Source: Heterodontus francisci (Eukaryota). From it: 64,000 nt of DNA. A program made the position numbers and the translations under genes. The stretch spans positions 79,623,223 to 79,687,222 of the forward strand of contig NC_090382.1 in the NCBI RefSeq assembly GCF_036365525.1, given 5' to 3'. Below the pieces are notes generated by a model. It was not told the origin of the DNA and ran no database searches. It saw nothing but the letters and a program-made list of their open reading frames with translations. Below are positions 23,949 to 35,612 of this stretch, piece by piece; position 1 is the stretch's first letter; the number at the start of each line of letters is the position of its first letter.

Positions 23949-25229
23949 CTAGACAAGAAAAAGCAAACAGTCTGGGTTAGATTTTGGCATTTCACCTCTG
24001 TCATCCATTTTGATTTTTGTTAAAAGTTTTTCTAATAGTAAATAAAGCTTAATCAAATAGAAAGCCTCCTCCCACTCCGCACAATTAGGTGCCCTATATC
24101 ACTCTGCAACTAAAACAATGGGCAGCTGATTTTCTACCAGGCCTTTGCCAATAAGAATTTGGGACTAATTGCTACAAGATGCATGACATCGCAGGTTTTT
24201 ATTCCACTTTTACTGTGCAGCTTCCATTTAGCATTTACCCTATGGCACAGTTGAGATTAGAAACTTGGGCACAGGCCCACTATGTTGGGAGACAAATTGG
24301 AGAGTGAATTAATTTTTACTAAAAAAGGTGAGAAATGTCAATGTCAGGTAAAGAAACATTTCCAATTACTTTAACTGCATCATGCAAAGGAAATATTCAA
24401 ATTAGTCAAGTAGGAGGTGATAACTGGGGTTAAGACACCTTGTTAAGACAAGGGAGCTATGCCAAAAGGAATGACTGTATATTTTATATATGATTCTTTA
24501 AAACTGAAGATTAGAGTCAAAGCTGCTCTTCCTTCACCAGATACAAAATGAGAGTCTTGAGTGCACTGAGGTGAAGTGTAGCATAAACTAAATGAAGAGT
24601 AAAGTTTCAACAAATCTGCTTCAACAATGTACCTTAACCCCACTCTCTGAAGAACACACGCTACTGCACCATCCAGCCATACTAGTCGTGAGGCTGAATT
24701 TAGAGGTGGACCCTGGGTAGTTTCATGCACTAGGAGCTAGGCTGAGCCTGTCTCAAACTGATTTCTCTAGACTGGTGGGCAGGGGAAAAGATGGAAGGGG
24801 AAAAAAAGATTTAAATTAAATTAAATCAATCTCAAATCAGTCCAGGCTGAATGTGAGAGCCTTTTCTTCTAACCAACAAGATCATATTCAACTTTTTCCA
24901 TTTCTTTATTTGATAAAAAGTATGTACAGATCATTCTGCCACAATTTTGTTATTGATTTTTTTTTAAAGAAGTCATACGATTAGAACAGGAGCACAAAAG
25001 ATGAACAAAATCCACACTTTACTGCCAGGTGTTTGAATTTTCAAGTGGAACAGTTTTTTTTTAAAAAAAGGAAAAGTACAATTATCTCTGAGAGAAAATA
25101 GTTTGGCTAGGTTCCTAATGGGTATATGACTTCACAGATCAAAACTACCTATCAATGAGCGCAATTCTGGTGACTTAACAAAAGAACTTGCATTTATAAA
25201 ACACCTTTGACAATCTCAGATGTCCCAAA

Positions 25230-25847
25230 GGGCTGGATTTTGCGCTGGAGGCAGGGTTCCTGCCTTTTCGTGTCCCCCCACCCCCAGAGATATCCTCCTA
25301 TTTTTGTGAATCAAAGTTTTAGGAGGTGGGGACTCCCGGTCCTTTAAAGGGACAGGGATCCCGCTTCCAAGAGCTGCCAGCCAATCAGAGGGCTGGTGGC
25401 TCAGCAGTATTGACAAGGCCACCAGGAGCAGTGGCCACTTCTGGTACTGCAGAGACCTCAGGCTGGGCCCAGCGGTGGAACTTCGGAACAGAGGTAGATG
25501 AGGCGGGGTCGCCGGGGCCAATCTGGAAGGCCCTGGCTTGGGGGGCTGGTATCCCAGGAGATAAAGCTGTTCCCGGTGGGGGTCCTCCATGGGTCCCAAG
25601 TTACCCACGAAGGAGGGCCACACTACCTCCCCAAACCCGCAGGGAGCTGCCTCGTTTTCCAAGGCATCCTCCCCGCGTGGCAGTGGGATGAGGCCCTTAA
25701 TTGGCCTTTAATAGGCCACTTATGGACCTATCCCAGCCCCGGGAAGATCGCAGGGCGATGGACACTCCACACCCCACCCTCCCCCCACGATACTCCCTGC
25801 ACCTGGCCTCCAAACCCACCTCAGGGGGGGCTAATAAAATGCTGGCC
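25230..25847. mobile_element. Harbinger-like MITE inserted in a minus-strand Deu-SINE tail
   Basis: TIRs GGGCTGGATTTT / AAAATGCTGGCC, 3-bp AAA duplication; flanks rejoin as the SINE tail GATGTCCCAAAG|TGCTT..CCAATGAAGTACTTTTGAA. Confidence 0.65.
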
Positions 25848-25964
25848 AAAGTGCTTGACAACCAATGAAGTACTTTTGAATAGGAAACAACGTTGTAATG
25901 TAGAAAATGCTGGTGCCAATTTGTGCACAGTAAGTCCCACAACACAGCAGTGAGTTTTAGTTAT

Positions 25965-27872
25965 TTTTATTCTTTAATGGGATGTGGGAGTCACTGGCAA
26001 TGCCAGCATTTATTGCCCATCCCTAACTGTCCTTGAGGAGGTGGTGGCGAGCCGTCTTCTTGAACAGCTACAGTCCATGTGTAGGTACAACCACATTGCT
26101 GTTAGCGAGTTCCAGGATTTTGACCCAGCGATAGCAAAGGAACGGTAAGATATTTCCATTTATTGTCAGCCTGGTGTGTGACTTGGAGGGGAATTTGGAG
26201 GTGGAGGTGGAGGTGGTCGTGTTCCCAGGTGCCTGCGGCCCTTGTTCTTCTAGTTGGTGGAGATTGTGGGTTTGGAAGGTTCTGCTGTAGGAGCCTTGGT
26301 GAGTTGCTGCAATGCATCTTGGGAGATGGTACACACTGCTCCCACTGTGCGCCTGTGATGGAAGAAGTGAACGTTTAAGGTGGTGGATGTGGCGCTAATC
26401 AAGCAGGCTGCTTTGTCCTAGATGGCATTGAGCTTCTTGAGCTGCACCCATCCAGGCACGTAGGGAGTATCCATCACATTCCTAACTTGTGCCTTGTAGA
26501 CAGACAGGCTTTGGGGAGTCTGGAGGGGAGTTACTTGCCGCAGAGTTCCCAGCCTCTGACCAGCTCTTGTCGCCACGGTATTTATGTGGCTAGTCCAATT
26601 AAGCTTCTGGTCAATGGTAGTCTCCAGGATGTTGATGGTGGGGGATGAGAGTATGGCATCAAGGCTGCGGTTGTTGGAGGTCAATCATCTCAGCTCCAGG
26701 ACATCACTGCAGGAGTTCCTCAGGGCAGTGTCCTTGGCCCAACCCTCTTCAGTTGTTTCATCAATGACCTTCCTTCAATCATTAGGTCAGAAGTGGGGAT
26801 ATTCGCTGATGATTGCACAATGTTCAGCACCATTCGTGACTCCTCAGATACTGAAACAGTCCGTGTAGAAATGCAGCAAGACCTGGACAATATCCAGGCT
26901 TGGGCTGATAAGTGGCAAGTAACATTCGTGCCACACAAGTGCCAGGCAATGATCATCTGCAACAAGAGAGAATCTAACCATTTCCCCTTGACATTCAATG
27001 GCATTACAATCACTGAATCCCCTATCAACATCCTGGGGACCATTGACCAGAAACTGAACTGGAGTAGCCATATAAATACCGTGGCTACAAGAGGTCAGAG
27101 GCTAGGAATCTTGCAGCGCGTAACTCACCTCCTGACTCCCCAAAGCCTGTCCACCATCTACAAGGCCCAAGTCAGGAGTGTGATGGAATACTCTCCACTT
27201 GTCTGGATGGGTGCAGCTCCAACAACACTCAAGAAGCTCGACACTATCCAGGCCAAAGCAGCCCGCTTGATTGTCACACCATCCGCAAACATTCACTCCC
27301 TCCACCACCAATGCACAGTGGCAGCAGTGTGTACCATCTACAAGATGCACTGCAGCAGCACACCAAGGCTCCTCAGACAGCACCTTCCAAACCTCTACCA
27401 CAAGGACAGCAGATGCATGGGAACATCACCACCTGCAAGTTCCTCTGAAAGCCACACACCATCCTGACTTGGAACTATATCGCCGTTCCTTCACGGTCAC
27501 TGGGCCAAAATCCTGGAACTCCCTTCCTAACAGTACTGTGGGTGTACCTACCCCACACGGACTGCAGCCATTCAAGAAGGCAGCTCACCACCACCTTCTC
27601 AAGGGCAATTAGGGATGGCCAATAAATGCTGGCCTAGCCAGCGACGCCCACATCCCATGAATGAATAAAAAAATTCAGCAATGGTAATGCTGTTGAATGT
27701 CATGGGGAGGTAGTTAGATTCTCTCTTGTTGGAGATGGTCACTGCCTGGAACTTGTTTGGTGTGAATGTTACTTGCCACTTATCAGCCCAAGCCTGAATG
27801 TTGTCCAGGTCTCGCTACATGTAGCCACAGACTGCTCATTTATCTGATGAGTTGTGAATAGAACTGAACACC
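25965..27872 (-). mobile_element. CR1-group LINE (second family), minus copy split by a same-family plus copy
   Basis: Minus ORF 26418-26684 IDQKLNWTSHINTVATRAGQRLG; continues at 27673-27872. Confidence 0.8.
26647..27672 (+). mobile_element. CR1-group LINE (second family), plus copy, RT C-terminus and poly-A tail
   Basis: GVPQGSVLGP-coding, ORF 26793-27467 IFADD..IQAWADKWQVTF; tail CACATCCCATGAATGAATAAAAAAA. Confidence 0.88.
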
Positions 27873-28699
27873 GAACATAGAGTCCTTTTGTTTTTGGGTA
27901 TGAACTGAAATGGAGTAATTGAGCTTAACAACTTTGATTCTAACTAACTGGCATTTACAAATTGTTAAATTATGAAAATCTGACTTTTGTTGCGGTCACA
28001 ATAAAAAGACTAGTTATTGTAACTTATGTGAACAGTCTCTAGTTTGCAACATGGAACTGTCATATAGCAATTGGCACTTCTGAGTTCATCAGATGTAACA
28101 GGGAATCAACTTAAATAAATGTGTGCTGGCAGTGAGAGTCTTACCTGCTGGGATCACATCTTAGGATACCAGGAGAACTACACTGACGATTTTCCAACAT
28201 ATATGGTGATATGCCTTCTCGCCAGTAGCACATATCCATAAAAAATGGACTGGCAGAATTTATTCCAGGTGTTGAGATAACAACCAAACCAAAACTGCTT
28301 TGCCATAAGGCACAGGCAGTCTGAATATAAGCAGCTTCACACTCAAACTAAGCACTAATCAATGCAAGCTGTAGCCATAGAAACACTCATACGCCAATCA
28401 CCTGATTATAAGTAACTGAAGGAGACCCTTTCCGTCCTCAACACAAAATGTGTTGGACTAAAGACAAATTAAATAACAGAACTCTTCAAATCACTATAAC
28501 ATCCAACTGGCACATCCCAGTCAAGATTGTTGCTGCATCCTCTAAGAACATATTTCACTGTCAAGAGTGACTAGTGAATCCACTTAACATTGCATCACAC
28601 ATTCGGTAAGAAGTCAAACTTGATGCTGAATTAAAGTACTAATCTACTATATTCTATATTTATAAAATTTGTAGAGGTATAAACTATTGAAAACATTTA

Positions 28700-29380
28700 A
28701 TCATCCAACTATCCAGGGATAAGGGATTACAGTTACGTGGATAGACTCTAGAAGCTAGGGTTGTTCTCTTTAGAGCAGAAAAGGCTAAGAGGAAAATTGA
28801 TAGCACTGTCCAAAATCATGAAGTGTTTAGATAAAGTAAATAAACAGCAACGGTTTCCAGTGGCTGAAGGGTCACTCACCAGAGGACACAGATTTAAGGT
28901 GATTGACAGAAGAACCAGAAATGACACGAGGAATTTTTTTCCCATGCAATGACTGATTAAGATTTGGAATAAACTGAATGATAGGGTAGTGGATACAGAT
29001 TCAATGCCGTGCCATGGTGGTGGTCTGTCCAAGGACAGATCCTCTGCTGCTTTTCTCCACCCAGGAGAGATAAGCATGACAAGGGAAGTGGGTATATGAA
29101 GTGGTTTCCCGTTGCCTTCTTCCGACCAGAATGGGAATTGAACCCGTGCTGTTGACATCGTTCTGAGCCACATGCTAGCCTTCTAGCCAACTGAGCTACC
29201 TGCTCCTGACAGATTCAATAGTAGCCTTCAAAATGGAATAGGATAAATACTTGAATGAGAAAAATTGCAGAGATTTTGGGAAAGAACACAGGAGTGGGAC
29301 TAACTGGATTGTTCTTCGAAAGAGCCGACACAGATCCACTGGGCTGAATGGCCTCCTGCTGTGCTGTATTATTCTATTCC
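28700..29380 (+). mobile_element. CR1 3' fragment carrying an inserted SINE
   Basis: ORF 28761-28952 FSLEQKRLRG..TRGHRFKV; ATTCTAT tail at ~29370. Confidence 0.75.
29006..29208 (-). mobile_element. tRNA-derived SINE, distinct family
   Basis: A box TAGCTCAGTTGG, B box GGTTCAATTCCC on minus; 11-bp TSD ACAGATTCAAT at 28995-29005 and 29209-29219. Confidence 0.8.
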
Positions 29381-31070
29381 ATCAGTGAACATCCCCTCTT
29401 CTGTCTTTATGATAGAAGGAAGTTCATTCATGAAGCTGAAGACAGTTGGGCTTAGGATATTGCCCCGAGGGAATTCCTGTAGCCATGATTGGCCTCTTAA
29501 AAACTACAACCATCTTCCTTTGTGCTAAATATGACTCCAGCCAGTGGAAAGTTTCTCTCGATTTCCATTGACTTCAATTTTACTAGGGCTCCTTGATGTC
29601 AAATGCTGCCTTGACTAAAGGGCAGTCACTTTCACCTCACCTTTGCCCAGCTCTTTTGTTCATGCTTGGACCAAGGCTGTAGTGAGGTCTGGAGCCATGC
29701 TGGGCTCTGCCATTTTGGAGGATGGGACGTTTGTGGAGCCTCCTCCTCCTGTTATCTGTTTAATTGCCCACCACCATTCACGGCTAGATGTGGCAGGACT
29801 GTAGGGCTTTGATTTGATCTGTTGGTTATGGGGCCCCTTAGCTCTGTCTATAGCATGCTGCTTGCGTTGTTTAGCATGCATGTCGGCCTGTATTGTAGCT
29901 TCACCAGGCTGGCACCTCATTTTTAGGTATGCCTGGTGGTGCTCCTGGCATGCTCTCCTGCACTCTTTGTTGAACCTTGATTGGTCCCCTGACTTGATAG
30001 TAATGGTAGAATGAGGGATATGCTGGATAATGTGTTTACAAATTGTAGTGAATGCTCAGGTTTGAGCTGCTAGATCTGTTCTGAACCTATCCCATTTAGC
30101 ATGGTGGTAGTATGACACAACAGAATACAGGGTGTCCTCAGTGTGAAGGCAGGTCTTTGTCCCCACAAGGTCTGTGTGGTGGTCACTTCTTTCAATACTG
30201 TCATGGATAGATGCATCGGCAACAGGTAGATTGGTGAGAACGAGGTCAAATAGGTTTTTCCCTCATGGTAGTTCTCTCACCATCTACCTTGGGTCCAGTC
30301 TGGCAGACAATAATTCAGTTCCTGGCCAAAATCAGTCAGTGGTTGTGCTGCCAAGCCACTCTTGGTGATGGGTATATGGACATTGAAGCCCCCTCACCCA
30401 GAGTACATTTTGTGCCTTTGCTACCCTTAGTGTTTCTTCCCAGTAGTGTTCAACATGAAGGAGTAAAGATCTATCAGTTGGGGGAGGGCAGTAGGTGGTA
30501 ATCTGCAGGATGTTTCCTTTCCCACATTAGATCTGATGCCATGAGAGTCCGTGGGGTCTGGAGTCAATGTTGAAGCCTGCCAGGACTGCTTCCTCCTGAC
30601 TGTATACCACTGTGCCGCCACCTCTGGTGGGTCCATCCTGCCAATGGAACAGGATATACCCAGGAATGGTGACAGAGGAGACATTGGTTGAAAGGTATGA
30701 TACTGAGTATGACTATGTCAGCCTGTTGCTTGACTAGTCTGTGGAACAGCTCTCCCAACTTCGGCACAAGTCCCCAGATGTGAGTGAGGAAGACTTTACA
30801 GGGTCGACTAGCCTGGGTGTGCTTTTGTTGTTTCAGGCGCCTAGGTCGATGTCAGGTGGTCTGTCTAATTTTTTTCTTATTCGACTCTTTTGTAGCAGTT
30901 TGGTACAACTGAGTGACTTGCTAGGTCACTTCAGAGGGCCATTTCTGTGGGTCTGGAGTCACATGTAGTCCGACCAGTTAAGGATAGTAGATTTCCTTCC
31001 TTAAAAGGACATTAGTGAACCAGATGGGTTATGACGACAATCTGGTAGTTTCATGGTCACCATTACTGAT
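29381..31070 (-). mobile_element. Degenerate CR1-group LINE (second family), endonuclease/RT region
   Basis: Minus ORFs with PKLGELFHRLVKQQADIVIL (APE start) and SPATSSREWWWAIKQ. Confidence 0.7.
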
Positions 31071-32029
31071 ATGCCCTTCTACTACTGGAGTTAAGGTACA
31101 TAATTAAAACAGGATTACAGGAGCTGCCCAGTTTGAGGGGGTGGAAGAAAGGAGGAGTCAGATTATGGGCAATTAACTGGAAAAGGTGCACAGATAATGG
31201 GAAAATTTCAAACCAATGATTAACATACTAAATAATATATCCTTGGGCAGAAGCAATATTGCAGAAATAGTTGGAAGCTGGGGAGATGAATAATTAAAAT
31301 TGGAGCAAAACATGGGTAAAAAGGCATGTGACAAATCTAGGGCAAATACAAAAGAAAAATCAAGCACAATATAGAAAAATAGAAGTAAAAATGATTAGAT
31401 GGGTATGAAGAAAAGATGGCAAGTAAGTTTTTTTTTTAAAGAAAGGATTTTGTAACAAAAACAGTTAAAGAAAGGGTAGGGCCAATTAAGAGATTAAAAA
31501 AAGAAAACGGGGGATAAAAGAATACCAATGAGTACTTTGCCTCTGTTTTCACAAAAAGACAGACAATGGAATGAAAGGATACACGAAGATATGATGGAGC
31601 AACTGGATAGTATAACTATAGGTAAGGAAGTAGTACTGAAAAAAGTTGATGAAACTCAAAAGTGGAAAAGGCATCAATCAGCTCTGATGGCACACACCTC
31701 AGAATGTTAAGGGACTCGGAGAGAAGACTACAACCTTTCAACCATCCTTGGATATGAAGGTTGGAATGGGGGCGGCCAATGTAACACCTTTGTTCAAGAG
31801 GGAGAAAAGGATAGTCAGGTTAACTACAGACCAGTCACTCCAACATCAGCAGTGGATAAAGGTTCTAGGAGCTTAAAATATAGGAAGAAATACTTGCTTA
31901 GAAAGACACTCTCCACCTTAAGAACTTCCAGCATGGATTTATAAAAGATAAATCATGTCTCACAAACTTTAAATACTGTTCTTTGATGGATTAATGAAGC
32001 ATATTAATAGAGAATGCAATGAATGTTAT

Positions 32030-32290
32030 GCTTGGGAACACCACCACCTGCAGGTTCCTCTCCAAGCCACACACCATCCTGACTTGGAACTATATTGCTG
32101 TTCCTTCACTGGCGTGGGGTCAAAATCCTAGAACTCCCTTCCTAACAGTACTGTGGGTGTACCTACCCCACACGGACTGCAGCCGTTCAAGAAGGCAGCT
32201 CACCACCACCTTCTCAAGGGCAATTAGGGATGGGCAATAAATGCTGGCCTTGCCAGCGACGCTCACATCCCATGAACAAATAAAAAAAAA
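32030..32290 (+). mobile_element. 3' end of second-family LINE inside an older degenerate CR1 (~31300-32580)
   Basis: Same tail as 27420-27672. Confidence 0.75.
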
Positions 32291-32601
32291 GTGGATTTTC
32301 AAAAGGCATTTCATAAGATGCAAGGACAGAAAGCAAATTAGTGGTTAATGGATGTTTTTTGGATTGGAGGGAAAGAAACAATGATGTTCCACAAAGGTCA
32401 GTGTTGGGCCCACTGCTCTGCATAGAAGATATATAAATAAAAGCATTTGATGTGGATTGCCTATGGGGACTAAATATCAATTTGCAGGTGGCAAGAGGAG
32501 AGAACAAAATTAACTATGAAGGGGACTTTAAATGACTTCAGGAACACAGTTTAGTTAATTGGGTGAATAGATTAGATAACATTTAATGAGAGAAAAATTA
32601 C

Positions 32602-32690
32602 CTGAATAGACGTTAAAATTGATGAAACATCATAGGTTGGGCTCCAGCGATTCTGCAGAATGTCTAAGCATATACTGCCATCTGCATAAA
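32602..32690 (-). CDS. UBE2B: UBE2B exon 5 (89 nt, catalytic Cys88)
   Basis: [30 protein letters not shown]; AG/GT boundaries. Confidence 0.96.
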
Positions 32691-33177
32691 CTGAAAATAG
32701 AAAACACTGCAGGAAATTTTGTTTCTCACAGTAAGTAGTTGATGACACTATGTGCCAACTGCAGCTGGCTTATTCCTTTGATCTTGGAATACATTGCACA
32801 AACAAATGTTGGTTATTGGCCGGGCAGCAACAGTAACCAACATAGTAATATAAGAACATAACAGGAGCAGGAGCAGACCATATGGCCCCTCAAGTCTGCT
32901 CCATCATTCAATACGATCATGGCTGATCTTCTGCCTCAACTGCACTTTCCCGCCCACTCCCCATATCCCTTGATTCCCCGAGAGATCAAAAATCTGTCCA
33001 TTTCAGCCTTGTATGTACTCAACAATGGAGCATCCACAATCCTCTGGGGTAGACAATTCCAAAGATTCAAAAGCTTTTCAGTGTCTACCTTATCAAACCC
33101 CCTTCAGAATGTTTCAATGAGATCACTTCTCATTCTTCTAAACTCCAGAGAGGTACAGGCCCAATCTACTCAGCCTC

Positions 33178-33488
33178 CAAAATCTAGAACTAGGGGGTCA
33201 CTGTTTAAAAATAACAGGTCGCCCTTCTAAGACAGAGATGAGGAGAATTCTTTTCTCTCAGAGGATCGTGAGTCTTTGGAATTCTCTTCCTCAAAAGGCA
33301 CTGGAAGCAGTCTTTGAATATTTATAAGGCAGAGGTAGATAGATTCTTGATAAGCAAGGGGGTGAAAGGTTATTGGGGTAGGCGGGAATGTGGAGTAATC
33401 TGTTCAGCCATGAACTTATTGAATGGTGGAGCAGGCTCGAGGGGCCTAGTGGCCTACTCCTGCTTCTAATTTGTATGTTCATATGTTA
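33178..33488 (+). mobile_element. CR1 3' fragment nested antisense in the CR1 above
   Basis: TCTAGAACTAGGGGGTCAC..TTTTCTCTCAGAGG..TATGTTCATATGTT; similar to 39783-40268. Confidence 0.75.
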
Positions 33489-33736
33489 GCCTATAGCCCA
33501 TCATAGAAGAAGCCTCTTATCCTAGGAACAAATCTAGTGAACCTTCACTGTACCGCCTCCAAGGCAAGTACATCCTTCATTAAGCATGGAAACCAAAACT
33601 GTGCACAGTACACTGCATTTGGTACCAGCAAAGCCCTGTGCAACTGCAGCAAGACTTGCTTATTCTTGTACTCTATTCTGCTTGCAATAAAGGCCAACAT
33701 CTCATCTGCCTTCCTAATTGCTTGCTGTACTTGCAT

Positions 33737-34050
33737 TAGAGCATGGGCTACCTGACCCGAACCAGACGACATGTGTCGGGTTCGGGTCAGGTCAGAGCGT
33801 TCTTCCAGGTCCGGCATTCGGGCTCGGGTCAGGTAGGACACAGTGACAGCCAGGAAGTCAAGACTCCAGACTCCGCACAGGTCTGCAGTGAGCGATTCCA
33901 TCCAAGGTAGAGCACAACCTCTTTAATATAATCAACTTCATTCCGGTGGTCGGGTCGGGTGCAGGAAAAAATCAAAGGACTCGGGCCGGGTCGGATGTGG
34001 TTCTGTCAGGCTCTGGTTGGGTTTCAACTGCAGACCCGAGCAGGCCTTTA
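33737..34050. mobile_element. hAT-like MITE
   Basis: 8-bp TSD ACTTGCAT / ACCTGCAT (1 mismatch); imperfect ends TAGAGCATG / CAGGCCTTTA; multiple subterminal CCCGA/TCGGG motifs. Confidence 0.7.
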
Positions 34051-35612
34051 ACCTGCATGTTAACTTTCTGTATTCCTTGTAAGCATATACCCAAATTTAA
34101 TACCTTTTAAAAAATATTCTGCTTTTCTATTCTTACTAAAGTGAATAACTTCACATTTCCCACATTATGCTCCATCTGCCACCTTGTTGGCCATTCACTT
34201 AGCCAGTCTATATCTCTTTGCAGCCTCTTTGTGTCCTCCTCACAGATTACATTCCCAGTTAGTTTTGTATCATCTGAAAACTTGGATACATTACTCTCTG
34301 CCTCTTTGTAAATAGCTGAGGCCCCAGCACTGATCCTTACTCCACTACTTGCAGCCTGTCAACTTGTAAATGCCCCATTTATCCCTACTCTCTGGTTCCT
34401 GTCTGTTAACCAACTCCACGAGCCCTTATATTGCATATTAATTTTTTATGTTGCACCTTATCGAATGCCTTTTGGAAATCCAAGTATACTACATCAACTG
34501 GTTCCCCTTTATCTACCTTACTAGTTACATCCTCAAACAACTAATAAATTTATCAAAATTTCCCTTTCGTAAAATGATGTTGACTCTGTCTGATCATACT
34601 ATGATTTTCTAAGTGCATTGTTAAATCTTTAATAGATTCCAGCATTTTCCCCAATGAGTGACATCGGGCTAACTGGCCTGCAGTTCCATTTTCTTGAACA
34701 GTGGTGTTACATTTGCTAACTTCCAATCCGTTTGAATCATTCTAGAATCTATGGAATTTTGGAAAATCATAACCAGTGCATCCACCACCTCTGCAGCTAC
34801 CTCTTTTAGAATTCTAGGAAGTACGGCATCAGGTCTTGGGGAATTTGTCGATTTTTAGTCCCTTAGGTTTCTCCAATACCTTTTCTTTCCGGATATTAAA
34901 TTACCTCAATTTCTTCACTTATATTAGCCCTTTGGTTACCCTCTATTTCTGGTGTGTAATCGGGGTCTTCTACGGTGAAGACAGACATAAAATATTTGCT
35001 CATCGTCTTTGTCATTTCCTCATTCCGCATGATAATTTCTCCTGTCTCTGCTTCCAAGGGACTAACATTTATTTTAATTACCCTCCTTTTTATATACTTG
35101 AAAAAGTTCTTACAATCTGCTTTTATATTCCTGGCTAGTTTACTCTCGTATTCTATTCTTTTCCCCCTTTTTTTTTTAAAATCAACTTTGTGGTTGCCCT
35201 TTACTGGCTTCCAAAACACTCCCAATCTTACAACTATTTTTCACAACATTATAAGTCTCTTCTGTTTTTTCCTGATACTACTTGTCATGCACACCAGAAG
35301 TGCGATTATACAACAACCATGGACTAACTGTGAAAAGTTATGAAAAATGGACTTCGTCTTTAAAAAATGAACCTTTATTTTAAAAAGTGAACAATGGTCC
35401 AAAATGACCACCGAGGAAAAAGGGATTGGCCTTTTGTGCATTCAAACTGTCTGACAAAGACAAAAGGACAAATCTTCAAAGCTAAGAGGTGTCAATTGCA
35501 CCCCATACTAAAAATATTCCAAAATTGAATGTCTTCTTCTGAAACAAAGAAGGTGCGAAGTAGCCACGTCCTGGGCCATTGTGCGATCACCATGGGGAAG
35601 ACATGAGAACAT

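Noticed and set aside
25216-25953. 148-151 aa ORFs (also 55694-56257)
   Set aside because: Arise from GC-rich MITE interiors; no transposase motifs
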